A DNA stretch of 64,000 nucleotides. Source: a virus. Each line of letters begins with the position of its first letter. The stretch's first letter is position 1. Location: the IMG/VR virus record IMGVR_UViG_3300020442_001264, positions 1 to 64,000 of that record; one strand, given 5' to 3'. The translations under genes were made by a program, and so were the position numbers. Below, one piece after another: positions 30,932 to 40,685 of this stretch. The notes under the pieces were generated by a model. That model worked only from the letters and a program-made list of their open reading frames with translations. It ran no database searches and had not been told where the DNA came from.

Positions 30932-31978
30932 ATGGCAAGTGGTTCAACTTTAACAGTAACAGGCGGAACTAATATGGTGCAAGTCGTAGCAGGTGATACA
31001 ATTGGTCCTGCAGACTATGACAATATGGTTGCTAATGTTTACAGACAGTTAGGCACACCAAATGATGTAACATTAGGTACTTATTCATCAAGTAGTACAT
31101 ATGGTTATAATCAATCAACAGGTAGTTTAAATGCCGCGACTGGCGAAGCCATCAATGCAAGTAGCACAGATAACGGCTACAAAAACCTACAAGACGAAGT
31201 TCAAACTCTTGCAACTTTCTTAGGGCATTCGTTAAACAGTTCAAGTAGTTCAGATTCATCAGCAGGTGATTCAATTACAGCAACTGATTGGAGTAACTTA
31301 ATGGATGATGTCAAAGATGTATTTGATGCTAGACATTCTATTCCAGGTAGTAGTTTAACTACAGATGCCGCAGTAACAAGCACAAGAACAACAGGTTGGG
31401 GTAGTTCAAGTGAACCAGCAATTTTACATCAGTTCACACTTACATTTGCCAACGAAGCGGCTTGTAGAGGTTTCTTTAACAGTGGTGGTGAAGTATTGTT
31501 TACCGCTTCAAGAAGTGGTGGAACATCAGGTAGTAGTGCAGGAACAATTGGTTCTCAAAATTCTAACTGGACATCACTATTAAGTGCAATGGGTACATTA
31601 AGATTTAATCTTGACGATTTAGTAAGTTCAGGATCAACAGGAACAAGTGCTAACAAAGGTTTTTATGAGCTCACAACAAACAACCAACAATTATATATTA
31701 AATACGGTTCAGGTGCTTATGCAAGTAACTATTATAAAATTGAAGGTAGTGTAAACAGCACAACTAATCCAACAGTTTTAACTTTTAATGTAACAATGAG
31801 AGATGACCACGCATTAGGTGATGGTATCGGTCCTGACGGTATTGACGGTAACAGTGATGATAGCGACGGATACGTTGATGCTGTAGACGGCACAATTCAG
31901 AGTGTTATACAAACTAACAGAGCAAACAATGGTATTGTCCATGTCGCTCCAAGTAGTGCTACAACAAGTAATTTATAA
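30932..31978 (+). CDS. Ser/Thr/Gly-rich virion structural protein (fibre/collar-like)
   Basis: Strong SD, composition and position. Motifs ITA.DW.NL..D, FFNSGG and GFYELT. Confidence 0.7.
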   Translation: MASGSTLTVTGGTNMVQVVAGDTIGPADYDNMVANVYRQLGTPNDVTLGTYSSSSTYGYNQSTGSLNAATGEAINASSTDNGYKNLQDEVQTLATFLGHSLNSSSSSDSSAGDSITATDWSNLMDDVKDVFDARHSIPGSSLTTDAAVTSTRTTGWGSSSEPAILHQFTLTFANEAACRGFFNSGGEVLFTASRSGGTSGSSAGTIGSQNSNWTSLLSAMGTLRFNLDDLVSSGSTGTSANKGFYELTTNNQQLYIKYGSGAYASNYYKIEGSVNSTTNPTVLTFNVTMRDDHALGDGIGPDGIDGNSDDSDGYVDAVDGTIQSVIQTNRANNGIVHVAPSSATTSNL

Positions 31979-31994
31979 TTAAAATACAATTTTT

Positions 31995-32025
31995 AAAGCC
32001 AGTTCATCGTAACTGGCTTTTTTTT
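31995..32025 (+). terminator. Rho-independent terminator ending the structural module
   Basis: Perfect 10-bp stem AAAGCCAGTT/AACTGGCTTT, loop CATCGT, running into a T8 tract. Confidence 0.9.
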
Positions 32026-32029
32026 GACT

Positions 32030-32037
32030 GGTAAATA
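32030..32037 (+). promoter_or_regulatory. Late-promoter-like motif GGTAAATA
   Basis: Just after the terminator, 5 nt before ATG 32043. It is the only evident promoter candidate for the first enzyme operon. Confidence 0.7.
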
Positions 32038-32042
32038 CAGTT

Positions 32043-32405
32043 ATGTCGTCTAAACTAGAAAAAGCACTCGAATTCGCTAATTATCGTACAACTTTAAATG
32101 TACAGCACAATGCCTTAAAAGCAAAAGTGCAAACATTATTAAGTTATAGCATAAACGGTGGAACATTTGAAATATCGCAAGAACTGATTTCTTTTATCAA
32201 ATTACTATTAGATAAAGAGTATACTGATGCAGTACTTTTAGATACTTATAATAATCCTATACAAATAGAAAATCTAGACGACTTCTTAGAGGAGATTTTA
32301 TCAAGATACTTTGAAGCAGTAAATGAATATCATGCTGAATATCAAAAAATAAGAAAAGCAAGAAAAGTACACAAATTGATAGATTTAAATTTAGATGACT
32401 CATAA
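32043..32405 (+). CDS. Hypothetical phage protein (120 aa)
   Basis: Clean ORF with NGGTF and LLD..NNPI.I. Heads the operon. Confidence 0.7.
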   Translation: MSSKLEKALEFANYRTTLNVQHNALKAKVQTLLSYSINGGTFEISQELISFIKLLLDKEYTDAVLLDTYNNPIQIENLDDFLEEILSRYFEAVNEYHAEYQKIRKARKVHKLIDLNLDDS

Positions 32406-33090
32406 TTATATATTTGATGTAGACGGCACACTTACACCTAGCAGAGGTTCAATAGACCCAACATTCTATAAACAATTTTTACAGTTTGCAAAAACACACA
32501 GAGTATTTCTAGTTACAGGCAGTGACAAAATGAAAACTGTAGAACAAATAGGATTAGAGATTTATAATACTTGTATGCAAGTATTTAATTGCAGTGGTAA
32601 TGATATCTATTATGGGGATAAACAATTATATAAAAATAATTGGAAACTGCCCCAGGCGGCTAAAGACTGGCTAACAGTAAAATTAAATGAAAGCGAATAT
32701 CCTATTAGAACAGGTTTACATTTTGAAAACAGAACAGGTATGTGTAACTTTAGTGTAGTAGGCAGACATGCAGACCAAGAACAACGCAAAGACTATTATG
32801 CATACGATTGTATCGAAAAAGAACGAGAGAAAATATCACAGGAATTTAATTTAATGTTTCCAAAACTACAAGCAGATGTAGGTGGTGAAACAGGCATAGA
32901 TGTTTTTCAAAAAGGTAAAAACAAAGCACAGGTATTGCAATATTTTAGTAATCCAGAAACAATAAAATTTTATGGTGATAGAACAGATCCTGCAGGAAAC
33001 GATTATTCTATTGCTTGTCTATTAGAACCTCATCAAGTCTATGCTGTCTCAGATTGGAAACATACATCGGAGTTATTAAAAAATGAGTAA
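32395..33090 (+). CDS. HAD-IIB phosphomannomutase (eukaryotic PMM-like)
   Basis: FDVDGTLT motif I, VTGSD, R.GM.NFS..GR, GG..GID and GD.T...GND. Confidence 0.85.
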   Translation: MTHNYIFDVDGTLTPSRGSIDPTFYKQFLQFAKTHRVFLVTGSDKMKTVEQIGLEIYNTCMQVFNCSGNDIYYGDKQLYKNNWKLPQAAKDWLTVKLNESEYPIRTGLHFENRTGMCNFSVVGRHADQEQRKDYYAYDCIEKEREKISQEFNLMFPKLQADVGGETGIDVFQKGKNKAQVLQYFSNPETIKFYGDRTDPAGNDYSIACLLEPHQVYAVSDWKHTSELLKNE

Positions 33091-33973
33091 AGGTTTTTTG
33101 ATGTTTGCTCATAACAACAATGAGATTGATTACCTAAAACTTGCTGTGGTAAATGCTTTACTTATAAAACAAAATTGTGATATACATGATATCACAGTGG
33201 TAACAAATCAGCACAGTTATGATTATACTGTAGAACAATTAGGAAAAGATTTTGTACATAATGCAATATCTAATATTGTAATTACAGAAAAAGATAAAGA
33301 CTTTAAACGTGCAAATCAAAGACTATATAAAGATACCAGTCATACAAGCAAAGCATTGCCCTTCTACAACGTGGATAGATGCGATGCATACAATATATCA
33401 CCTTATGACGAAACGTTGCTTATTGATGCTGATTATTTAATTTTGAGCAACAGTTTAAACAGTTGTTGGGGACATGAAAATGAATTAATGATGAATTGGT
33501 CATATCAAGATATCATGTCAGAACGAGATGACCCGACATTAAAAAGATTAAGCCCAACAGGAATAACAATGTATTGGGCAACAGTAGTGTATTTTCGAAA
33601 AACAGATTTTGCAAAACAATTTTTTAAAACAGTTGCACATGTAAGAGATCATAGAGAATTTTACCAAGATGTTTACAAATGGCCCGGCAATTTATACAGG
33701 AATGATTACAGTTTCAGTGTTGCCGCACATATGATGAGTGGTTTTGTAGACAAAGGTATACCACAACTTCCAGTCCCCTATCTGTATAAAACTTTTGATA
33801 CAGATGATATTCATAGTGCTCCGGCACCAAATGAACTCATTTTTTATCTTGAGAAACCCAAAAGTTTAGGCGACTTTATGTTATGCAGATGGAGTGGGCT
33901 GGATATCCATGTAATGAATAAATGGGCAATAAATAGAACTAGTAATGTATTAATGGAGTATGCAAATGTATAA
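33083..33973 (+). CDS. GT-A glycosyltransferase (paralogue of 35829)
   Basis: MSKG...A.NN..IDYL..A, SPYDETLLIDADY (DxD), YF.K...A..FF and RND...S.A. Confidence 0.7.
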   Translation: MSKGFLMFAHNNNEIDYLKLAVVNALLIKQNCDIHDITVVTNQHSYDYTVEQLGKDFVHNAISNIVITEKDKDFKRANQRLYKDTSHTSKALPFYNVDRCDAYNISPYDETLLIDADYLILSNSLNSCWGHENELMMNWSYQDIMSERDDPTLKRLSPTGITMYWATVVYFRKTDFAKQFFKTVAHVRDHREFYQDVYKWPGNLYRNDYSFSVAAHMMSGFVDKGIPQLPVPYLYKTFDTDDIHSAPAPNELIFYLEKPKSLGDFMLCRWSGLDIHVMNKWAINRTSNVLMEYANV

Positions 33974-35309
33974 ATTATTACAACCATGGACTCCCGACTT
34001 TAATGCTAAGTATAGAGATATTTTTTATCTAGGTGAAAATCGACATAAGATAAGCATGAACAGTATGGACCACAGTCCTATAACAGATTTGAAACAACTT
34101 GGCTTTGATATAAAATATAGAAATAAAATTCAAGGTGAACATTTTTTAAAATTTCTAATTGAACAAAATGCACAAAAAAATAGTATAACTTATGTAATGA
34201 ATTTTGCATTAAGTGTGTACCCGTGGTATGACTCAGGATCTGAGTTAAAAGATATTATAGAAAGTTTTTCTAGTGTTAAAGGCTTTGATAATTTAAAATG
34301 GCGGTTTGCAAACACATGGGATTTATATTGCATGGAAGAAGAACAAGATAGATTAAATTGGTTTTTAGAATCAACTAGTAAACTTAAACAAGAAAATATT
34401 ATTATGGATTTAGTAAATTTTGATATAGTTGATTTATATAAAGAACATTTACCCAAAGCAGATATTAATTACAAAAGTGTGTATTTTTCAAACTTAGTAC
34501 TTTGTAATATGAGAGGCAGAGATGTTTATGAACCAACTTTAGACAAACGGGAAAAGCATGTTTTAACTTTTAATAATATTGTAAAGACACACAGAAATGC
34601 AATAGTCGATTTATGTGCTGAGCATGATGATAAGACACTTTATAGTTATATAGGTAGAGATATTTTGTTGGACTCTGAAGAATGGGAATTGTTTGATAAA
34701 AATTATACTGCTGGTCCTCATATGGGTTTACTATGGAGACCTCCATACAAATTAATAAATTCTGCTTACACACTTATTAGTACTGAGACATTTTTTGAAG
34801 ACGACAGAACTTACAATTTTGACGACACACGTCGAAGGTCAGCATTCGATAGAAGTCAGAATTGGGAATTATCAGATGATTTCGAAGGCAAACACAGAGA
34901 AAGTGTTGTGTTAAACAAAAACGTTAAATATGCATACATAACAGAAAAAAGTTTTAAATCTGCATTTTTTAAATTGCCTATGATTATTTGTGGTTTGCAA
35001 GGAAGTTTAAAAACTTGGCACAGGTTAGGCTTTGAAAGTTTTCCTGAGTTTTTTGATGAACAATATGATACTATTACAAATGCAGACGAAAGATTAGAAA
35101 AAGTTAAAAGTGAAATTTTAAAAATAATCAATATGGACACAAACGACTTACATGAGTTATACCATAGTAAAATTGTTCAAGAAAAATTAGAACATAATCA
35201 ACAACAATTTTTTAAACATTATTTAAACGATTTTAAATATCACACATTTAACTATAAACAGAATGTTCATCCGTTAATGGATAAAATTATGGAACAATCT
35301 GATGCGTAA
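33960..35309 (+). CDS. TEK-motif glycosyltransferase-like protein 1 (GT-B/GT10-like C-terminus)
   Basis: HR motif, ISTET, YITEKSFK, PMII.G and LGFESF..FFDE.YD. Three further paralogues are in the window. Confidence 0.5.
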   Translation: MQMYKLLQPWTPDFNAKYRDIFYLGENRHKISMNSMDHSPITDLKQLGFDIKYRNKIQGEHFLKFLIEQNAQKNSITYVMNFALSVYPWYDSGSELKDIIESFSSVKGFDNLKWRFANTWDLYCMEEEQDRLNWFLESTSKLKQENIIMDLVNFDIVDLYKEHLPKADINYKSVYFSNLVLCNMRGRDVYEPTLDKREKHVLTFNNIVKTHRNAIVDLCAEHDDKTLYSYIGRDILLDSEEWELFDKNYTAGPHMGLLWRPPYKLINSAYTLISTETFFEDDRTYNFDDTRRRSAFDRSQNWELSDDFEGKHRESVVLNKNVKYAYITEKSFKSAFFKLPMIICGLQGSLKTWHRLGFESFPEFFDEQYDTITNADERLEKVKSEILKIINMDTNDLHELYHSKIVQEKLEHNQQQFFKHYLNDFKYHTFNYKQNVHPLMDKIMEQSDA

Positions 35310-35478
35310 GAAAAAACCACCTAAGTTAGGAGATTACATTGAGCATACTTGTAGACTTAACGGCACTTTTCAAGGCACAGTAGTACAACTATTAGGTATG
35401 CAATTTGTTTACGAAACAGGAGACGGCAACACACGTTTTTGTTTATATAGAGAAGAGTGGAAACACATAGAGGAATAA
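35302..35478 (+). CDS. Small hypothetical protein (58 aa), absent from the ORF track
   Basis: MRKKKPPKLGDYIEHTC...WKHIEE fills the gap exactly and overlaps the upstream stop. Confidence 0.6.
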   Translation: MRKKKPPKLGDYIEHTCRLNGTFQGTVVQLLGMQFVYETGDGNTRFCLYREEWKHIEE

Positions 35479-35480
35479 CA

Positions 35481-35828
35481 ATGGAAGATTTTATTATTAC
35501 ATTAATTGTTTTAGGTCTATTGGCTGGCGCAATATATCTTAATGTAGTATTACAAGATACTAAAGCAATGGATATAATGAAAAAAATATTTTGGCCTTTG
35601 ATTAAATTAAAAGAATGGGTTGACCCAAACCACTGGGCAAATAAATTAGGCGAAAAGAGTGGTGCTTATGACAAAGCAAGAAACAGCAAAATAAGAAAAT
35701 GGGGCGACAGTCTAGAAGGCTGGAGATGGTGGACTTGGCAAATTGTAGGTGGTGGAATTACACTTTTGATAATTGAATTCTTACTTAACATCACAATTGG
35801 CTATTCAATTCTACCTTGGAGATGGTAA
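35481..35828 (+). CDS. Small membrane protein
   Basis: GAGGA SD before ATG 35481. Hydrophobic N- and C-terminal segments, Trp-rich. Confidence 0.65.
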   Translation: MEDFIITLIVLGLLAGAIYLNVVLQDTKAMDIMKKIFWPLIKLKEWVDPNHWANKLGEKSGAYDKARNSKIRKWGDSLEGWRWWTWQIVGGGITLLIIEFLLNITIGYSILPWRW

Positions 35829-36692
35829 TTGAGTAAAGGTTATATAGTAATAGCACAAAACAATGATACTGTGGATTATCTAGAACAGGCGTATGCTCTT
35901 GCTTTAAATTTAAAACTCACACAGAGTACTGTAAGTAATCTAACAGTATGTGTAGATCCTAAGACTAAGTCGATGATTACACAAAAACATAAAAACGTTT
36001 TTGATAAAATTGTTGATATACCATGGACTGACAATGCCGCAGATGCAGAATGGAAAATTAATAACAAATGGAAATACTATTATATGACACCATATGATGA
36101 GACTGTTATACTAGACACTGATATGATATTTCCGTTTGATGTAAGCAATTGGTGGGAACATCTAAGTACTAAAGATGTTTGGGCATGTACTAATGTAAAA
36201 ACATATCGTAATGAGTTAGTAGATGATATGTATTATAGATTAGATATGAAAAGAAATAAAATGCCAAATGTTTATACAGCATTTTTCTATTTTAAGAAAA
36301 GTGATACAGCAACAGAATTATTTAAAATGATACAAATTATTTTTGAGAATTGGGAGAGGTTTTATTTTAAATATATGCCTAAAGGTAAACCTGACTGGCT
36401 AAGTGCAGATGTGGCATACAGTCTAGCAATACAATTATTGGGTATAGAAGATAAATGTACTATGGATCATATAGAAGATTTACCTACGTTTATACATATG
36501 AAAAGTTTTGTGCAAAATATAGCAACAAGCGAAATAGAAGAAGATTGGACTAAGAGTATACCAACATATTATAAAAGTTATAAAGATTTTAAAATAGGAA
36601 ATTTTCAAATTACATATCCTTTTCACTATGTGCAAAAGGATTGGATGACAAAAGATAAAATACAGCAGATGGAAATAGAGGTCAATAAATGA
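35829..36692 (+). CDS. GT-A glycosyltransferase (paralogue of 33083)
   Basis: TTG start after GGAG. TPYDETVILDTDM (DxD), YFKKS..A..LF and S.D.A.S.A. Confidence 0.7.
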   Translation: MSKGYIVIAQNNDTVDYLEQAYALALNLKLTQSTVSNLTVCVDPKTKSMITQKHKNVFDKIVDIPWTDNAADAEWKINNKWKYYYMTPYDETVILDTDMIFPFDVSNWWEHLSTKDVWACTNVKTYRNELVDDMYYRLDMKRNKMPNVYTAFFYFKKSDTATELFKMIQIIFENWERFYFKYMPKGKPDWLSADVAYSLAIQLLGIEDKCTMDHIEDLPTFIHMKSFVQNIATSEIEEDWTKSIPTYYKSYKDFKIGNFQITYPFHYVQKDWMTKDKIQQMEIEVNK

Positions 36693-37255
36693 GAAATAAA
36701 ATAGCATTAAGTATGGCAAAGTTTTTTAGATTTTTTGCTGATACATTTTTTGCACAAAGATATGGACATAGAGCAGTAGTATTAGAAACTGTAGCAGGTG
36801 TGCCTGGTATGGTTGCAGGCATGTGGTTACATTTTAAAAGTCTGCGTAAAATGAAAACAGGCTATGGACCTGACATAAGAGAAATGTTAGCAGAAGCAGA
36901 AAATGAAAGAATGCATTTGATGTTCTTTATAGAAATAGCACAACCAAATTGGTTTGAAAGAGCATTAGTGTTAATTGCACAGATAACATTCATGATTTAT
37001 TATTTTTTACTTTACATACTAAGTTATAGATTAGCACACAAAATGATTGCATACTTTGAAGAAGAGGCAGTAAAAAGTTATACAGATTATCTTGCTCTTG
37101 TAGAAAGTGGACAAGTAGAAAATGTTCCTGCTCCACAGTTAGCAATAGATTATTATAAAATGAAAAAGAATGCAAAACTATCTGACTTAATAAAAAAAGT
37201 TAGAGCAGATGAAGAACATCATAGTAAAGTAAATCACAGGTACGCAGATGGATAA
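36689..37255 (+). CDS. aox: Alternative oxidase (ubiquinol oxidase)
   Basis: All di-iron motifs are present: LETVAGVPGMV, EAENERMHL, FEEEA..SY and RADEEHH. Confidence 0.95.
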   Translation: MRNKIALSMAKFFRFFADTFFAQRYGHRAVVLETVAGVPGMVAGMWLHFKSLRKMKTGYGPDIREMLAEAENERMHLMFFIEIAQPNWFERALVLIAQITFMIYYFLLYILSYRLAHKMIAYFEEEAVKSYTDYLALVESGQVENVPAPQLAIDYYKMKKNAKLSDLIKKVRADEEHHSKVNHRYADG

Positions 37256-37853
37256 TTTAACACCAGGTGAACGTCTTGCCCTATTAAAAGAAGAAAAAGG
37301 CAACCTAGCAGAAGCTCAAAAAGAGATGATTGCTTTTACCTATATTGTATATGACGAAGACGGTAATATACATTATAAAGGTATTACAAAACCAGATATG
37401 TCTACATATGATGACAGTTTTAAATTTTATAAGTTTAATACATCAGATGTAAGAATTATAGATTCTCAAGGACAAAGTATGGCACAATTTTTAATAGAAG
37501 AAGATGAGCATGATGTATGCCATATAAAATTAAAAACAATAGAGTCAACAAAAATACGAGCAAACAGAGATTTCTTAACAGAAATAACCAGCACAGATGA
37601 CGATTATGATGTGATGTTTGGGTATACTGCAGATGACTGGGTGATATCTATACGTGAAAATTTAAAACTCAAACAGCAATTAAGTTTTTATATAACACCT
37701 ATAAAAGAACCTCATATACTTTTAGAACGTGTTGCAGTACCATTAGAACTATTTGCCGATGATAATATTGTATTAATAAAACGAAAAAATAAAATATCAG
37801 AAAACTTCAGTATTTACACTCACAAGAATTTTGACAAGTACTCTAGAATTTAA
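37248..37853 (+). CDS. Hypothetical protein (201 aa)
   Basis: Clean coupled ORF with no recognised motif. Confidence 0.65.
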   Translation: MDNLTPGERLALLKEEKGNLAEAQKEMIAFTYIVYDEDGNIHYKGITKPDMSTYDDSFKFYKFNTSDVRIIDSQGQSMAQFLIEEDEHDVCHIKLKTIESTKIRANRDFLTEITSTDDDYDVMFGYTADDWVISIRENLKLKQQLSFYITPIKEPHILLERVAVPLELFADDNIVLIKRKNKISENFSIYTHKNFDKYSRI

Positions 37854-37874
37854 GATAAATATGTGCGTAGTTAA
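37854..37874 (+). promoter_or_regulatory. Late-promoter-like GATAAATA with extended conserved element
   Basis: GATAAATATGTGCGTAGTTAA matches 49651-49671 at 19 of 21 positions. Confidence 0.7.
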
Positions 37875-37891
37875 CACAACAGGACGCACAT

Positions 37892-38890
37892 ATGGCAAAA
37901 CTAGACGTTACAGAACTAGACATATTTTATATTTCATACGATGAACCAAACTGTGAAGAACATTGGTCAGATTTACTAAACAAAGTACCTTGGGCTAAAC
38001 GTGTTCATGGAGTAAAAGGTTTCGACGCCGCACATAAAGAATGTGCAAATCAATCAGAAACAGATAGATTTATCACCGTAGACGGTGACAACATTGTCAT
38101 GCCTGATTTTTTTGAACAAGTACTAGACATTCCTGATACTGACCACGATGGTAATAACATTGCAGAAAGTATTTTTAGTTGGAACGGCAAAAACATTTTA
38201 AACGGTTTAGTGTATGGAAATGGCGGACTAAAGTGTTGGCCTACAGAATACACAAAAACAATACACACTCACGAAGCCGCCACTGACGGTGAAGGTATGG
38301 AGTTTTGTTGGAAACTTAACTACATACAACTAAATGATACATTTAGCGAAGTACATCAAACAGCCAGTCCATTCCAAGCCTTTAGAGCCGGCTTTCGTGA
38401 AGGTGTTAAAATGAGTTTGGATGAAGGCACAAGAATAAAACCAGATGAGTTTAAAGAAAGAGTCTGGTGGCAGAACTATAATAGATTGCAAACATGGTGC
38501 AACATAGGAAGTGATGTTGAAAATGGATTATGGGCAATTTATGGTGCTAGACTAGGTTGTAAAATGACAGTACTAAGTGATTGGGATACTAACTTGATAT
38601 CAGATTATGATTGGTTTAAAGACTTTTTTAATAATGATGTTCTTCCACGTTTCCCAGGAGATGAGGTTTGTCGATACACAAAAGTTAATTGGAACAAGGA
38701 AATGTTGTACATAGGAATACAAGATTTAGGTGTAGAACTTAATGATAACATAAACGAAATGATGTTGTTTGATCCTAATGAGCAAATGTGTAAATTCTTT
38801 AAAAAGACTTATGTGAATCCAAGACGTTGGGGTGTAATGATTAGAGAAAAACAAATCCAAGATTTATTGGAGAAAGGATTAATTCAATGA
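37892..38890 (+). CDS. Phage glycosyltransferase-like protein (ISYDEP family, GT-A)
   Basis: FYISYDEPN, RVHGVKG.DAAHK.CA, FITVDGDN (DxD), YGNGGLK.WP and AFRAGFREGVK. Confidence 0.6.
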   Translation: MAKLDVTELDIFYISYDEPNCEEHWSDLLNKVPWAKRVHGVKGFDAAHKECANQSETDRFITVDGDNIVMPDFFEQVLDIPDTDHDGNNIAESIFSWNGKNILNGLVYGNGGLKCWPTEYTKTIHTHEAATDGEGMEFCWKLNYIQLNDTFSEVHQTASPFQAFRAGFREGVKMSLDEGTRIKPDEFKERVWWQNYNRLQTWCNIGSDVENGLWAIYGARLGCKMTVLSDWDTNLISDYDWFKDFFNNDVLPRFPGDEVCRYTKVNWNKEMLYIGIQDLGVELNDNINEMMLFDPNEQMCKFFKKTYVNPRRWGVMIREKQIQDLLEKGLIQ

Positions 38891-39048
38891 AAACAGGTTG
38901 GACAATATGGAAATATGCCATAGGTTCATTCAGTGATGAGAAAACAAAAGACTATGACAATTACGTTGCAGTAATAAGAACATTTGTAGTTTTAGTAAAC
39001 GTTGTTTGTGCATTTTTTATTATGGCAAACATCATACATAATTGGTAA
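38887..39048 (+). CDS. Small membrane protein (53 aa), absent from the ORF track
   Basis: MKTGWTIWKYAIGSFSD...IRTFVVLVNVVCAFFIMANIIHNW, with ATGA and TAATG overlaps at its two ends. Confidence 0.65.
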   Translation: MKTGWTIWKYAIGSFSDEKTKDYDNYVAVIRTFVVLVNVVCAFFIMANIIHNW

Positions 39049-40685
39049 TGAGTATATACGATCAAGCCGCTGATAAGGCTAAAGAACAATTAGATAATAT
39101 AAGCCCAACAATGTGCTATGCAAAATGGAGCCAAGTGTCTATGCATTTGACTAATGGCATGACGCATAGTTGCTACCATCCGCCTACACACAAAATACCG
39201 TTAGAAGAATTAGATAAAAATATTACAGCATTACACAATACAGAAGAAAAGAAAGAACAACGTAGGCAGATGCTTAAAGGGGAAAGGCCCGAAGGTTGTA
39301 GTTATTGTTGGAATATAGAAGATACAGGTTCGAGGAGCGATAGAGTTTATCGTAGTGGAGAATATTGGGCACAGGAAAGCAGAGAAGATATAATGGATGC
39401 TGGTGCTAGTGGTAATATTAATCCTCGGTATGTGGAAGTTAATTTTAATCAAGCATGTAATTTTAAATGTAGTTATTGTAGTCCACATTTAAGCACAAGT
39501 TGGCAAGAAGAAATAGAAGAATTTGGAGAATATCCAACGACTGCTCCACATAACAACATTACTAGTCTAACTAACAAAGGTCTTATGCCACTTAAAATAA
39601 GCCAAGAAGATAATCCATACGTTACAGCATTTTGGAAATGGTGGCCCGAGATGTATAAAACATTACGAGTGTTTCGTATGACAGGCGGTGAACCTTTAAT
39701 GGACAAGAACACATTTAAAGTATTAGATTATGTATATGAGCAACCAAACAAAGACTTAGAATTAAGTATAACATCAAATATGTGTCCAGTCAATGATGCA
39801 TTGTTTGAAAAGTTTTTATCAAGTGTTAAAAAACTAGATAATGTACAACATGGTGCGGAAGTATATGTTAAGGATCCTTTAGATGGAACAGACTGGCAAA
39901 CATGGCAACATTTTATAATAGGCGAAGAAGCAAAACGATATCACGACAGCGACTTACCAGTAATAGAGCGACATGATATACCGCAAACATTCTTACAAGT
40001 CGGACAATGTGAGGAACAAGACAATAACAGTTATACATACATTTATGAATACAACGATAAAGCATATCATAACTTTAGTGTGTTTGTAAGTTTAGATGGT
40101 TGGGGAGAACAAGCAGAATATATGCGTAATGGTATGGACTTTGACCAACTATGGAATAATGTACATAGGTTTTTAGATGAAACTAGATATACTAGTGTTA
40201 ATTTTATTAATACATTTAATTGTTTAAGTGTAACAAGTTTTAAAGAATTTTTAGAAGGAATATTAGAATTAAGAGAAAAGTGGAGTAAAGAAAATCAATT
40301 TGCAATGGGCTGGGAAGTACCGGAACAACGTATATGGTTTGATATACCTTTACTGAGAAATCCTGCTTGGCAAAACTTACAAGTATTGCCTAGTCAATAT
40401 CAGTCTTACATGGAAGAAGCAATACAGTTTATGGAACAAAATATTGCAAATGAAGATTATGTTGATTACAAAGGATTTAAAGATTTTGAAATTGCAAAAG
40501 CAAAACGTAACTTAGAAATTATGAAAAAAGAGTTGCCTCAAGAAAAATTAATTAGAGACAGAGCAGACTTTAATAAATTTTTTACAGAGCATGACTTAAG
40601 GCGTAACACAAACTTTTTAGCAACATTTCCAGAAATGCATGATTTTTGGGCAATGTGCGAAGAGGCGGAGGCACTTAATGGATAG
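39048..40685 (+). CDS. Radical SAM protein 1 with N-terminal Twitch/SPASM domain
   Basis: CYAKW, CYHPP and CSYCW; core CNFKCSYC; TGGEP. Confidence 0.9.
   Translation: MSIYDQAADKAKEQLDNISPTMCYAKWSQVSMHLTNGMTHSCYHPPTHKIPLEELDKNITALHNTEEKKEQRRQMLKGERPEGCSYCWNIEDTGSRSDRVYRSGEYWAQESREDIMDAGASGNINPRYVEVNFNQACNFKCSYCSPHLSTSWQEEIEEFGEYPTTAPHNNITSLTNKGLMPLKISQEDNPYVTAFWKWWPEMYKTLRVFRMTGGEPLMDKNTFKVLDYVYEQPNKDLELSITSNMCPVNDALFEKFLSSVKKLDNVQHGAEVYVKDPLDGTDWQTWQHFIIGEEAKRYHDSDLPVIERHDIPQTFLQVGQCEEQDNNSYTYIYEYNDKAYHNFSVFVSLDGWGEQAEYMRNGMDFDQLWNNVHRFLDETRYTSVNFINTFNCLSVTSFKEFLEGILELREKWSKENQFAMGWEVPEQRIWFDIPLLRNPAWQNLQVLPSQYQSYMEEAIQFMEQNIANEDYVDYKGFKDFEIAKAKRNLEIMKKELPQEKLIRDRADFNKFFTEHDLRRNTNFLATFPEMHDFWAMCEEAEALNG

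Noticed and set aside
1-32025. Bacterial T6SS or extracellular contractile injection system interpretation of the VgrG/gp25/gp6-like genes
   Set aside because: No TssJLM, ClpV or Afp-type ATPase genes. T4-like late motifs, fibre genes and phage-style small genes favour a phage.
39840-40065. Intein in radical SAM 1
   Set aside because: Too short, no N-terminal Cys/Ser block, and the HN is followed by Phe rather than Cys, Ser or Thr.
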